Assembly (NCBI GenBank): GCA_963678065.2 | Contig: CAXXVZ010000005.1 | Span: 1,088,001 to 1,152,000 of the forward strand | Origin: Treponemataceae bacterium | Lineage (GTDB): Bacteria > Spirochaetota > Spirochaetia > Treponematales > Rectinemataceae | Direction: 5' to 3' | Length of the DNA: 64,000 nt | Shown here: one piece after another, positions 37,780-47,376 of the stretch | How positions within the stretch are numbered: the stretch's first letter is position 1 | Layout: each line of letters opens with the position of its first letter | The notes under the pieces: generated by a model | The model's input: the letters and a program-made list of their open reading frames with translations, nothing else | Database searches by the model: none | What the model was told of the DNA's origin: nothing | Position numbers and translations under genes: made by a program

Positions 37780-38555
37780 GAAAAGCGCGTGTCAATCGTG
37801 CCGAACTGCGCAGCGAAATCTCCGTACTGCTGCGCAAGATGGCCTTCAGCCAGACCGCGGTAAAGATCTGCGAGGAAGAGGCCAAGGCACCCCAGGAAGA
37901 GTTTCTCCTGAAGATCCTGAAGCGAGAGATGGCTAACCGCGACGATGTCCGCAGGGCACGATTCCTTCATGAAGCGGCCTTCCCCGTCTACAAAACCTTC
38001 GAGGGCTTTGATTTCTCCTGCGTGAAGCTGCCGCCGGCGCTTTCGAAACAGGAAATGATGACCACCCAGTTCGTCGCCGAGAAGAAAAACTTGGTGCTTT
38101 ACGGCCCCGTTGGAACTGGAAAGACACATCTTGCCACAGCCCTTGGCGTCACCGCGTGCTCTCGCACCTTCCGTACCAGGTTCTTTACCGCTGCAGAGCT
38201 GGTGGTAAGGCTTTCCGAAGCCCTTAAGGAAGGCTCGCTTGAGCGGCTTGTTATGTCCATCGCTCGGGCTGATCTCTTGATCATAGACGAATGGGGCTAT
38301 GTCCCCGTCGACCGGCAAGGAGCCCAGCTCCTGTTCAGGATAATTTCCGATTCCTATGAGCGCCGAAGCGTTATTCTCACGACCAATCTTGAATTCTCCA
38401 AATGGGGGACAATCTTCACGGACGATCAGATGGCTGCCGCCATGATCGACAGGCTTGCCCACCATGGTCACATTATTCTCTTCGAAGGTGAAAGCTACCG
38501 GATGAAACACGCACTCATGCGGCAGAAAGGCCAGGCACAATTACCCACCGGCTGA
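37776..38555 (+). CDS. istB: IS21 helper ATPase
   Basis: GPVGTGKTHLA, LLIIDEWGY, TTNL.FSKW, DRLAHH. Confidence 0.95.
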   Translation: MRKARVNRAELRSEISVLLRKMAFSQTAVKICEEEAKAPQEEFLLKILKREMANRDDVRRARFLHEAAFPVYKTFEGFDFSCVKLPPALSKQEMMTTQFVAEKKNLVLYGPVGTGKTHLATALGVTACSRTFRTRFFTAAELVVRLSEALKEGSLERLVMSIARADLLIIDEWGYVPVDRQGAQLLFRIISDSYERRSVILTTNLEFSKWGTIFTDDQMAAAMIDRLAHHGHIILFEGESYRMKHALMRQKGQAQLPTG

Positions 38556-40046
38556 TGGGTGTTTTTGTACGATTTTTTCGGGTATTTCGCCTTGACGAAA
38601 CACAGTACAGCCCCACCGCCCCCGCGGGTAGCTCCCGTACCGTCGAGCTCATCACCCCCTCCACCATGATCGTGTACGCTACCCGGTAGTCCTCCAGGTC
38701 GCAGCGGATGAAGCTCACTGCCCCCTCACGCTCCTCACGCTTCTGGTACTGCCTCAGAAAGCACACGCTCGCGATCAGATCCAGAAACCGGTCATGGTCG
38801 CGGCGGCTCCGCATGAGACTCGTCGGAAACCCCAGGTGCACCGCAAAGTCGTTCACGATCGCCACCTTCCGCACCAGCCGCTGCGCCGCCTGGTGCGCCC
38901 GTATGATCCGCTCCGTCTCTCCGCGCCCAGTCCGCAAGCGTTCCAGCGAATACTTCTGCCGCTGCGCCTCGTGGATCCGCGCAGTCTGGATCTTCGACTC
39001 GTCCGCGTTCACCACGAAGCACCGGCTCGCGTTCTCCGGATTCACCGCATGGCTCGTCCCCGACAGCACGCTCGACACCACCACCGGCGTCCTGACCACC
39101 CGGCTCTGCATCGTCCCCGTCTCCGGGTCCTTCATCGTCACCAGCCTCGACAGCTCCTTGCCCGACAGCATCTCCCGGATCTGGTGCTCCACCACCTCCC
39201 CGTGCACCGCTTCTCCCAGAATCAGAAACTTGTGGCTCAGGTCCTCGATGTAGTTCAGTGCCTGGTCCGACAGGCTCGTCACCGCCACCACCTCCTCGGG
39301 CGGCATAAGCTTCCGCACCGTCTCCACGAGATAGCTCTTTCCCGCCGCGGACTGCGACAGAATCAAGACCGAGATCGGATCGTCCAGCTTCCGGCTCGAC
39401 GCGCACAGGTACAGAAGCTGCTTATTCAGGTCCTCTCCCACGTAGCCCAACGCGCTGAGATCCTCCACGATCCGCTCAAACAGGCGCGGGTCGCGCAACA
39501 GCGACAGCCCCAGCTCGCGGTCGGCCGCGCTCATCGGGACGCCCGCCTTCGTATTTCCCCGCCGCAGGGCCTCGTCGCGCTCGCACTCGAGATTCTCAAG
39601 GATCAGCACGAGGTCCTTCTGTGCCCGCGCGAGCTCCCACCCGAAGCTCCGCGCCACCGCCTGCGCAAAGCCGCCCCTCGCCTTCGCCGCGTACAGGTCC
39701 ACCGTGTCGTAGTAGCTCATCATCCCTGCACTCGCCCGGATCGCCACCTTCAGGCTCGTCACAAACAGCTGCCTGACCCCGCCTATGCGGTACGTCATCG
39801 CCCCCACACGGAACACATGGAACAGCCCATCCCGCTCGACGTGCAGCTCCGGTCCATCCGTCTCGTCCATGAAGCCGGCCGCTTCGCCCGGTCTCGCCTC
39901 CTCCTCTGCTGCCCCTGCCGGGGGCGACTCCGGGGGAACTGCGTCACCTTCGGTGACGACCTTCCCCGCGGAGTTGGGGGGAAGAAACGCGGCCCCAGGA
40001 AGGGACTCATCAGCGACCGCGAGTACCCGCTCGCTCTGGTCTCCCC

Positions 40047-40331
40047 TCATACCGCACCACGCCGCCCGGAGCGCCGCTCCCGGTCAAAGCTCTTCTTCGC
40101 CTCGTGCACATAGCTGTTCACCTGCCCATACGCCGAGCGAAAGGCGTGCAGGTTCACCACCGCCCGCTTCCCCCAAAACTCACCCTGCGCCCGCCCAAGC
40201 CCCTCTCCCCGGAAGCTCATTCGACAGGCCAGCGATTCCGACACCGGAATGCAGCTCACCTCCTCCAGCGTACACCCTGCCATGATCAGATACGCCGCTT
40301 CGTACAGATCCGTTACCTCCGCAGTTTCCAT
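40047..40331 (-). CDS. Small conserved element protein (~94 aa; possibly DUF5659-like)
   Basis: AAGGAGG RBS before METAEVTDLYEAAYL. Stop overlaps the ATPase start. Duplicated at 46369..46653. Confidence 0.65.
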   Translation of the reverse strand: METAEVTDLYEAAYLIMAGCTLEEVSCIPVSESLACRMSFRGEGLGRAQGEFWGKRAVVNLHAFRSAYGQVNSYVHEAKKSFDRERRSGRRGAV

Positions 40332-40494
40332 CCCCCGCCTCCTTTTTGCGGGCAATCTCGTCATCTCCCTGTCCTGTATGCTATCCTGTCTTCGCGTCAT
40401 GACGAGGTTCCCTCGTTGTGTCCTCGCCCGTTTCCCCGAAGCATCCACCACGACCTCAGGGGAAACGGGCTCCTTTGTACCTGACATAAAACCA

Positions 40495-40569
40495 TGTCAA
40501 GTACTATTATTGGTTTTGAGTATTATACATCATGTATTATATCGTCAAGCGGTAGGGTATACTTTTTCT
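40495..40569. promoter_or_regulatory. Divergent control region of the element
   Basis: AT-rich. Palindrome ATACAT-C-ATGTAT (40525-40537). TATACT at 40558 just before the HTH start. Confidence 0.55.
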
Positions 40570-40977
40570 ATGCCACAGCGACCGAAATATATTCTGCCGG
40601 ATATCTCCGAATCCTCTCACAATGTCGGTCAAAATATTGCCGCACTGCGCAAAAAAAAAGGACTCAGCCAAAAAGAACTGGCTCTGAAAATCGGCATCAC
40701 CCAGGCCTTGCTTTCACACTATGAAACCGCCCGTCTGAGTATTCCCGTCGAGGTTGTCATTCAGATTTCCATTTCGTTGAACGTACACGCGGATGTGATA
40801 TTGGGAATCGGAGCATCGGCACCGCTCGACGATGACTCGCCAAGCCGCAGAATTGTGCAGCGGGCGAAACTGATCGAGCGTCTTCCCGCCTTCGACCAGA
40901 AAGCCCTGCTCAAAACCATCGACAATGCGTTGAAAGGCGCCGGCATCACAACGGAAGATCCAAAAGTCTCTCACTGA
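40570..40977 (+). CDS. XRE-family HTH repressor
   Basis: IAALRKKKGLSQKELALKIGITQALLSHYET. Confidence 0.9.
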   Translation: MPQRPKYILPDISESSHNVGQNIAALRKKKGLSQKELALKIGITQALLSHYETARLSIPVEVVIQISISLNVHADVILGIGASAPLDDDSPSRRIVQRAKLIERLPAFDQKALLKTIDNALKGAGITTEDPKVSH

Positions 40978-41054
40978 CTGATGCTTCTGCTCCCTGCCCT
41001 CGACGACGGCACCATCAAACACAGTCTCCCGACTGCGCCTAATTCTCGGTTGGC

Positions 41055-41270
41055 GGGTCGCGCCGCCTCACGCTGCGCGTGGAGTGGCGCTCCCCCAAAT
41101 CCGCTTTCGCGGACTTCGCCAACCTACGCATTAGCCACAATCGGGTCTGCCACTCCTTTCGGCTCGATACACGAAATTCACAAGTATGGAGTCACGCATT
41201 CGGATATTTGTCTTCCCATAGCCAAGGGGCTGCGCGTCGAAGACGCGATGCCACGCGGCAGTTCTTCAGC
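41055..41270. repeat. Module-boundary structured repeat, copy B
   Basis: Homologous to 47377-47590 and 32141-32280; hairpins conserved despite sequence change. Confidence 0.85.
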
Positions 41271-41332
41271 TTGCCATTCACGCCTTGAAACAGGCTCGCA
41301 GCCGAACTCGGATCTTTTCTTGCCTCGGATAC

Positions 41333-41378
41333 ACAAAGGCCGCCTCAGCATACACTGAAGCGGCCTTTGTCTTTTTTT
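41333..41378 (+). terminator. Intrinsic terminator
   Basis: Same hairpin and T-tract as 32354-32400. Confidence 0.8.
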
Positions 41379-41381
41379 CTT

Positions 41382-41444
41382 GCCTAACCTTCCGCTTAAA
41401 CGGCGAGGGCTTTTGGCCCGAGTCCGGTTGAAGCCGCGTTAGGC
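41382..41444 (-). other. Integron-type attC-like site
   Basis: Minus strand GCCTAAC-GCGG-CTTCAACC...GTTTAAG-CGGAAG-GTTAGGC. The immunity gene's TAA lies inside R''. First spacer is 1 nt short of canonical. Confidence 0.72.
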
Positions 41445-41708
41445 TTTGGGGTCAGGCCCCAAGGGGGCTTCTTTACGAAAAATGCTCAAATCCGACTTCA
41501 TTTGCCTAAGGAGAAAACTGCATGCCTCAGCCTCTGAGGAGAATTGCTTAATGTCTTTTTTTTGCCCTCGTTCAAAGAAGTATATCTCCCAACATCCACC
41601 TTCCTCGATTAGGCATGTTCGATCTTCGCGAAATAGCTTGTTGAATGAATACCACGAACTCGGTACATTCAGTTGGTTCAATTCTCGTTCGAGCTCTTTT
41701 ATATTCAT
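41439..41708 (-). CDS. Putative cytoplasmic immunity protein 2
   Basis: ATGA overlap with the TNT-like tip. WEIYFFERG..F.SE.EAC pattern. Confidence 0.7.
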   Translation of the reverse strand: MNIKELERELNQLNVPSSWYSFNKLFREDRTCLIEEGGCWEIYFFERGQKKDIKQFSSEAEACSFLLRQMKSDLSIFRKEAPLGPDPKA

Positions 41709-42346
41709 TTCAACACCTCGACCAATTTAGCATCGATAAGGCTTCCCAAAGTGCTACGGAACATGTATTGAATACCACCACCGGCACTTCCATAATATGG
41801 CCCGGCAATACCAGCTTTTACTTCTAGATCGATCTTCGATCTATATGCAGTGTATTCACCAGAGTTCCATGGGGGTAATGCTCTTTCTTCTTTTGGAGTC
41901 CCTATCGGAGAAGCATATGAACCACGTGGATTCCCATATCTATCAAACGTCGAACCTGCGGGTAGGGTTGTTTCCCATGAAGCGCCAAACAGAAAGCCAT
42001 CAAACAAAGGATAGCAGACGTCTTCGACCAATGCTGGCGGTGGCGGCAATATCCCGGCTGTATTTAGCCCACCATATAGCCCAGTTACAACTGCAACAGC
42101 GGCGGTGGCAATATTATTAGTTGCACTAGTTACTACGTTTTTAGCAAGCTTCGCAGCCGATTCAAGCGAATTTATTATATTGCTAACAACATTTTCAGCA
42201 TCCGGCGGATCGCTCGAAGGAACAATATTCCCGGTACCAAGTCCTGATATTAGGCTGCTATCGGACGTCTCGCCCGTTGATTCGAACCGTTTCAGATCCC
42301 CCATCCCTGCCAACCCCGTGGGATCCGTGAACTTTACTGGATTCTC
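41705..42346 (-). pseudogene. Orphan Rhs C-terminus 2: TNT/DUF4237-like NAD glycohydrolase toxin
   Basis: 'NPVKFTDPTGL' junction. LP.G..FDRYG...GSY.SP.GTP..ERALP...P.YG..GGG.QY signature. Confidence 0.85.
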
Positions 42347-42554
42347 GCCCCGCTGTTTTTCTTCTCCACGAGCCACCTCCCCGGTTTCGGTTTTTTTGGT
42401 CTCAGCGAGCGAGGCATAGAGCAGATACAGCCACAGCGCCTCGGTGAAGGTCTGCAGCCACCTCCGGAGAAACCCTTCCACTACGAGCAGTTCCACAGTC
42501 AGCTTGACGTGCTGCTGTGGCAGGAGAAGGGGCGCGCACCGCATGAAAGAGATT

Positions 42555-43556
42555 CTATCCTGGCCGACCTTCCGGGACAAGGCGGGCGAGCCTTTTGATA
42601 TAGTCCCTGTCCACCTCCGCATAGATCGCCTGCTCCCTCGGGTGGTAGCGCCGATAGATCCGCTTAAGGTTCTCCGTCACGACGTGCGTGTACCGCGCCG
42701 TCGTCTCGACTCCTGCGTGACCCAAGAGTTCCTGGATCTGGCGCACGCTCACGCCGCGGCTTAAAAGATGGGTCGCGGTGGCATGCCGGACCGAGTGGGC
42801 CGACAGGGTCGGGTCGTCCATACCGAAGCGCCGCAGGAGGGTTCGGAAACGCTCACTCACACTCGCTGGCCTCACATGGCTCCCTGTCCTCGGTCCGCAG
42901 GTCCCCGTGAATATCCAGGCCTGCGGATCATGGGCGCGGTTCCCGAGGTACAGAAGCAGCACATCCCGCGCGACCTCCGAGATCGGCACGAGCCTGTCCT
43001 TGTCACCCTTGCCCCGCACGCGCATGATCCGGCGCTCGAAGTCCACGTCGCCCACCGTAAGGCCCGCAACTTCGCCCACACGAAGGCCAGCCGCGTACAC
43101 GAGCTCGAAGAGCGCGCGATCCCGCAATCCCTGCGTCGTCGTCGTATCGAGCTCGTCAAGAAAGCGCTGCATCTCCGTTTCTGTGAACGCGCGGCGGCGT
43201 ACAGACTCCGGGGGGAGCGGATCACCCAGTTGCCCGGCGGGGTTGTCGTCGATAAGCCCTGAGCGGTACAGACAGGCGTACAGAAGCCGTACCATCCCGA
43301 AGCGACTATTGACCGTCGTGTGCTTAAGCCGTTCTCCCGTCGTCTTCGACAGTCGCGCCGCGAGATCCTCGCGGTAGCCAAGGAGCTGCGCCGGCGTGAC
43401 CTGACGTATATCGCCTATCGCGTGCTCTTCGGTCCAGCGGTAATACCCTATGATCGTAGCACGCGCGTGGGCCATGTAGCACGCGCCGATCCGCCTGGCC
43501 ACGAGGTCCTCGCTCACCAGGTGCAGTCCCAAAGCTTGTACGGCCTCGCCAGTCAC
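42555..43556 (-). CDS. Tyrosine recombinase (XerC/D-like), catalytically complete
   Basis: Same protein sequence as 33794..34795. Confidence 0.93.
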   Translation of the reverse strand: MTGEAVQALGLHLVSEDLVARRIGACYMAHARATIIGYYRWTEEHAIGDIRQVTPAQLLGYREDLAARLSKTTGERLKHTTVNSRFGMVRLLYACLYRSGLIDDNPAGQLGDPLPPESVRRRAFTETEMQRFLDELDTTTTQGLRDRALFELVYAAGLRVGEVAGLTVGDVDFERRIMRVRGKGDKDRLVPISEVARDVLLLYLGNRAHDPQAWIFTGTCGPRTGSHVRPASVSERFRTLLRRFGMDDPTLSAHSVRHATATHLLSRGVSVRQIQELLGHAGVETTARYTHVVTENLKRIYRRYHPREQAIYAEVDRDYIKRLARLVPEGRPG

Positions 43557-44587
43557 GATCGGAACTCCCAGCTTCCGCGCGGGTGCGCCGCGTCCACCGC
43601 CGCGCGCAGGCTCTCCTTGCTCCGCCGCAGGTAGGTCTGTGTGCTGCCTAAGTTCCGAAACCCGACCAAGATTTGCACGTGCCGAAGGTCGCAGCCTGAC
43701 TCGACCAGGTGCGCCCCCAGGCTCGTCCGAAAGCCGTAGCTCGTGATCATCGGCAATCCCTCACTCGCACAGGTCTCGGCCAAAACCTCGTTGATCACCT
43801 GAGTCAGCCTCCCGTGCCCCGCGCCGAAGAGCGTGTGCGCGTACCCCCGCTCGTAGCCCCTGAACACAACCTCACGCCGGCAGAGATACTCCTTGAGCAC
43901 CCCCGCCGCGTAGCTCGTCAGGAATGCCGTCCGCCCCTGCCCCGAGCGCCCGCTCCGAACCCACACCGTCCGCTCGCGAAGATCAAGGTCAGCCGGTTCG
44001 AGCGCAGCCGCCTCACTCGCGTGCAAGCCCGCAGCGTACATGAGTTCCGCCGCCACGTGCACCCGATAGGTCTTTACCACCTTCCACCACGGCCGCACCT
44101 CATCGAAGCGCGACAGGGCCGCAAGGAGTCTCGCCATCTCCTCGACCGTCAGCGCATTCTCCGACAGATGCTCTCCCACCCGCACCCGACGGATCTCGCG
44201 GAAGGGATTCGTCCGTATCGTCCCCGTCTTCACGAGGTAGTCGAAGAACCGCCTGGCCGCTTTCAGATGGTTGTTGATCGTCCCCGCGTTGTACGGCCGC
44301 CCTGTCGCTGCTGTCATCGTCGACAGCTTCACCTGGTAGCGCAGAGCCTCAGCAAGCCCTACCTCCGCAACCTCGAGTTCCTCCGCTTCCAGCCATGAGC
44401 CGACGGTCCGCGCAAGCGTGCGTATCGACTCGTAACCCTGATCAGTTACCTTCGGCTGTTCTTCAGCGAGAAAGGCTTCGATCTGCGCCGAAAGCCGTAC
44501 GGAGTATATGCCATCCACGTTCGCCTCTCTTCCCCGCCGGAATTGCGCGACCAGATTGGTAATTCCTTGTCGCGCCAGGGGCAACAC
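43553..44587 (-). CDS. Tyrosine recombinase-like protein with degenerate active site
   Basis: Near-identical to 34792..35826. Confidence 0.85.
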   Translation of the reverse strand: MLPLARQGITNLVAQFRRGREANVDGIYSVRLSAQIEAFLAEEQPKVTDQGYESIRTLARTVGSWLEAEELEVAEVGLAEALRYQVKLSTMTAATGRPYNAGTINNHLKAARRFFDYLVKTGTIRTNPFREIRRVRVGEHLSENALTVEEMARLLAALSRFDEVRPWWKVVKTYRVHVAAELMYAAGLHASEAAALEPADLDLRERTVWVRSGRSGQGRTAFLTSYAAGVLKEYLCRREVVFRGYERGYAHTLFGAGHGRLTQVINEVLAETCASEGLPMITSYGFRTSLGAHLVESGCDLRHVQILVGFRNLGSTQTYLRRSKESLRAAVDAAHPRGSWEFRS

Positions 44588-44632
44588 TCGCTATCGGTAG
44601 TCAGTGCCCAGTTCTGCCCAGACTGACCAGAT

Positions 44633-46372
44633 TTATGCCGTTGATCCGGAGAGTCGTTCTGCCATCGCCTCAGGACTCGGAATCATCGACAGATCCACCG
44701 CCCCAATCTCCGCGTCCTCGCGAAGCCGGTAATAGGCTCGCGAGCGTTCCGAGCCCCCTCGCGCAATCGACACGTAGTCGTACTCGACGAGCTGCCGCAG
44801 ACTCTGCTTGATCCATGTATGCCCCAGCCCGGTCAGCTCCCGTACCTGCCGCTGCGTGAAGCTCACCTCTTCAGCCCGTAAGTGCTGCGCTCTCGCCTCA
44901 CGGCCCACCCAGGTCCGAAGCTCGCCATACAGCCCCACCGCCCCCGCGGGTAGCTCCCGCACCGTGCTCGCAAGCACCCCCTCCACCATGATCGTGTACG
45001 CGATCCGGTAGTCCTCCAGGTCGCAGCGGATGAAGCTCACTGCCCCCTCACGCTCCTCGTGCTTCTGGTACTGCCTCAGAAAGCACACGCTCGCGATCAG
45101 GTCCAGAAACCGGTCGTGGTCCCGCCGGCTCCGCATGAGACTCGTCGGAAACCCCAGGTGCACCGCAAAGTCGTTCACGATCGCCACCTTCCGCACCAGC
45201 CGCTGCGCCGCCTGGTGCGCCCGTATGATCCGCTCCGTCTCTCCGCGGCCTGCCCGCAAGCGTTCCAGCGAATACTTCTGCCGCTGCGCCTCGTGGATCC
45301 GCGCAGTCTGACCTCTCGACTCGTCCGCGTTCACCACAAAGCACCGACTCGCGTTCTCCGGATTCACCGCGTGGCTCGTTCCCGACAGCACGCTCGACAC
45401 CACCACCGGCGTCCTGACCACCCGGCTCTGCATCGTCCCCGTCTCCGGGTCCTTCATCGTCACCAGCCTCGACAGCTCCTTGCCCGACAGCATCTCCCGG
45501 ATCTGGTGCTCCACCACCTCCCCGTGCACCGCTTCTCCCAGAATCAGAAACTTGTGGCTCAGGTCCTCGATGTAGTTCAGTGCCTGGTCCGACAGGCTCG
45601 TCACCGCCACCACCTCCTCGGGCGGCATAAGCTTCCGCACCGTCTCCACGAGATAGCTCTTTCCCGCCGCGGACTGCGACAGAATCAAGACCGAGATCGG
45701 ATCGTCCAGCTTCCGGCTCGACGCGCACAGGTACAGAAGCTGCTTATTCAGGTCCTCTCCCACGTAGCCCAACGCGCTGAGATCCTCCACGATCCGCTCA
45801 AACAGGCGCGGGTCGCGCAACAGCGACAGCCCCAGCTCGCGGTCGGCCGCGCTCATCGGGACGCCCGCCTTCGTATTTCCCCGCCGCAGGGCCTCGTCGC
45901 GCTCGCACTCGAGATTCTCAAGGATCAGCACGAGGTCCTTCTGTGCCCGCGCGAGCTCCCACCCGAAGCTCCGCGCCACCGCCTGCGCAAAGCCGCCCCT
46001 CGCCTTCGCCGCGTACAGGTCCACCGTGTCGTAGTAGCTCATCATCCCTGCACTCGCCCGGATCGCCACCTTCAGGCTCGTCACAAACAGCTGCCTGACC
46101 CCGCCTATGCGGTACGTCATCGCCCCCACACGGAACACATGGAACAGCCCATCCCGCTCGACGTGCAGCTCCGGTCCATCCGTCTCGTCCATGAAGCCGG
46201 CCGCTTCGCCCGGTCTCGGCTCCTCCTCTTTTGCCCCTGCCGGGGGCGACTCCGGGGGAACGTCGTCACCTTCGGTGACTGCGTTCCCCGCGGAGTGGGG
46301 GGGAAGAAACGCGGCCCCAGGAAGGGACTCATCAGCGACCGCGAGTACCCGCTCGCTCTGGTCTCCCCTCAT
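44633..46372 (-). CDS. P-loop ATPase related to the C-terminal part of mobile-element primase/helicases
   Basis: Walker A-like SQSAAGKS, SRKL..P, SRC...DES..QT..IH..QR, C-terminal winged-helix-like segment. No zinc-finger or toprim domain visible. Confidence 0.7.
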   Translation of the reverse strand: MRGDQSERVLAVADESLPGAAFLPPHSAGNAVTEGDDVPPESPPAGAKEEEPRPGEAAGFMDETDGPELHVERDGLFHVFRVGAMTYRIGGVRQLFVTSLKVAIRASAGMMSYYDTVDLYAAKARGGFAQAVARSFGWELARAQKDLVLILENLECERDEALRRGNTKAGVPMSAADRELGLSLLRDPRLFERIVEDLSALGYVGEDLNKQLLYLCASSRKLDDPISVLILSQSAAGKSYLVETVRKLMPPEEVVAVTSLSDQALNYIEDLSHKFLILGEAVHGEVVEHQIREMLSGKELSRLVTMKDPETGTMQSRVVRTPVVVSSVLSGTSHAVNPENASRCFVVNADESRGQTARIHEAQRQKYSLERLRAGRGETERIIRAHQAAQRLVRKVAIVNDFAVHLGFPTSLMRSRRDHDRFLDLIASVCFLRQYQKHEEREGAVSFIRCDLEDYRIAYTIMVEGVLASTVRELPAGAVGLYGELRTWVGREARAQHLRAEEVSFTQRQVRELTGLGHTWIKQSLRQLVEYDYVSIARGGSERSRAYYRLREDAEIGAVDLSMIPSPEAMAERLSGSTA

Positions 46373-46653
46373 ACCGCACCACGCCGCCCGGAGCGCCGCT
46401 CCCGGTCAAAGCTCTTCTTCGCCTCATGCACATAGCTGTTCACCTGCCCATACGCCGAGCGAAACGCACTCAGGTTCACCACCGCCCGCTTCCCCCAAAA
46501 CTCACCCTGCGCCCGTCCAAGCCCCTCTCCCCGGAAGCTCATTCGACAGGCCAGCGATTCCGACACCGGAATGCACCGCACCTCCTCCAGCGTACACCCT
46601 GCCATGATCAGATACGCCGCTTCGTACAGATCCGTTACCTCCGCAGTTTCCAT
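46369..46653 (-). CDS. Small conserved element protein
   Basis: Copy of 40047..40331. Confidence 0.65.
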   Translation of the reverse strand: METAEVTDLYEAAYLIMAGCTLEEVRCIPVSESLACRMSFRGEGLGRAQGEFWGKRAVVNLSAFRSAYGQVNSYVHEAKKSFDRERRSGRRGAV

Positions 46654-46891
46654 CCCCCGCCTCCTTTTTGCGGGGAATCTCGTCATCGTCCTGTCCTGTA
46701 TGCTATCCTGTCTTTGCGTCATGACGAGGTTCCCTCGTTGTGTCCTCGCCCGTTTCCCCGAAGCATCCACCACGACCTCAGGGGAAACGGGCTCCTTTGT
46801 ACCTGACATACAACCATGTCAAGTACTATTATTGGTTTTGAGTATTATACATCATGTATTATATCGTCAAGCGGTAGGATATACTTTTTCT

Positions 46892-47299
46892 ATGCCACAG
46901 CGACCGAAATATATTCTGCCGGATATCTCCGAATCCTCTCACAATGTCGGTCAAAATATTGCCGCACTGCGCAAAAAAAAAGGACTCAGCCAAAAAGAAC
47001 TGGCTCTGAAAATCGGCATCACCCAGGCCTTGCTTTCACACTATGAAACCGCCCGTCTGAGTATTCCCGTCGAGGTTGTCATTCAGATTTCCATTTCGTT
47101 GAACGTACACGCGGATGTGATATTGGGAATCGGAGCATCGGCACCGCTCGACGATGACTCGCCAAGCCGCAGAATTGTACAGCGGGCGAAACTGATCGAA
47201 CGTCTTCCCGCCTTCGACCAGAAAGCCCTGCTCAAAACCATCGACAATGCGTTGAAAGGCGCCGGCATCACAACGGAAGATCCAAAAGTCTCTCACTGA
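46892..47299 (+). CDS. XRE-family HTH repressor
   Basis: Same protein as 40570..40977. Confidence 0.9.
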   Translation: MPQRPKYILPDISESSHNVGQNIAALRKKKGLSQKELALKIGITQALLSHYETARLSIPVEVVIQISISLNVHADVILGIGASAPLDDDSPSRRIVQRAKLIERLPAFDQKALLKTIDNALKGAGITTEDPKVSH

Positions 47300-47376
47300 C
47301 TGATGCTTCTGCTCCCTGCCCTCGACGATGGCACCATCAAACACAGTCGCCCGACTGCGCCTAATTCTCGGTTGGC

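Larger units (their letters stand above)
36172..38604 (+). mobile_element. IS21-family element, 2433 bp
   Basis: TGTGT...ACACA ends with shared GAAATACCCGAAAA. Target duplication GTACAG at 36166-36171 and 38605-38610. Confidence 0.95.
35872..40050 (-). pseudogene. P-loop ATPase (primase/helicase C-terminal-like), split by IS21
   Basis: 38605..40050 plus 35872..36171 reconstitute the 579-aa protein at 44633..46372. Confidence 0.9.
33570..42330 (-). mobile_element. Rhs-targeting tyrosine-recombinase element, unit 2 (carries TNT tip; IS21-disrupted)
   Basis: Near-identical to 42331-47590 over the machinery. Identity ends at ACTTTACTGGATT (33570 vs 42331), next to the DPxGL codons. Confidence 0.7.

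Noticed and set aside
38794..40113. Long plus-strand ORFs opposite the ATPase (also 45059..46435) and similar antisense ORFs elsewhere
   Set aside because: Shadow ORFs from high-GC codon bias; no recognisable motifs or RBS.
40249..40569. N-terminal extension of the HTH repressor (242-aa ORF)
   Set aside because: Overlaps the divergent gene and control region; the ATG at 40570 fits an XRE protein better.
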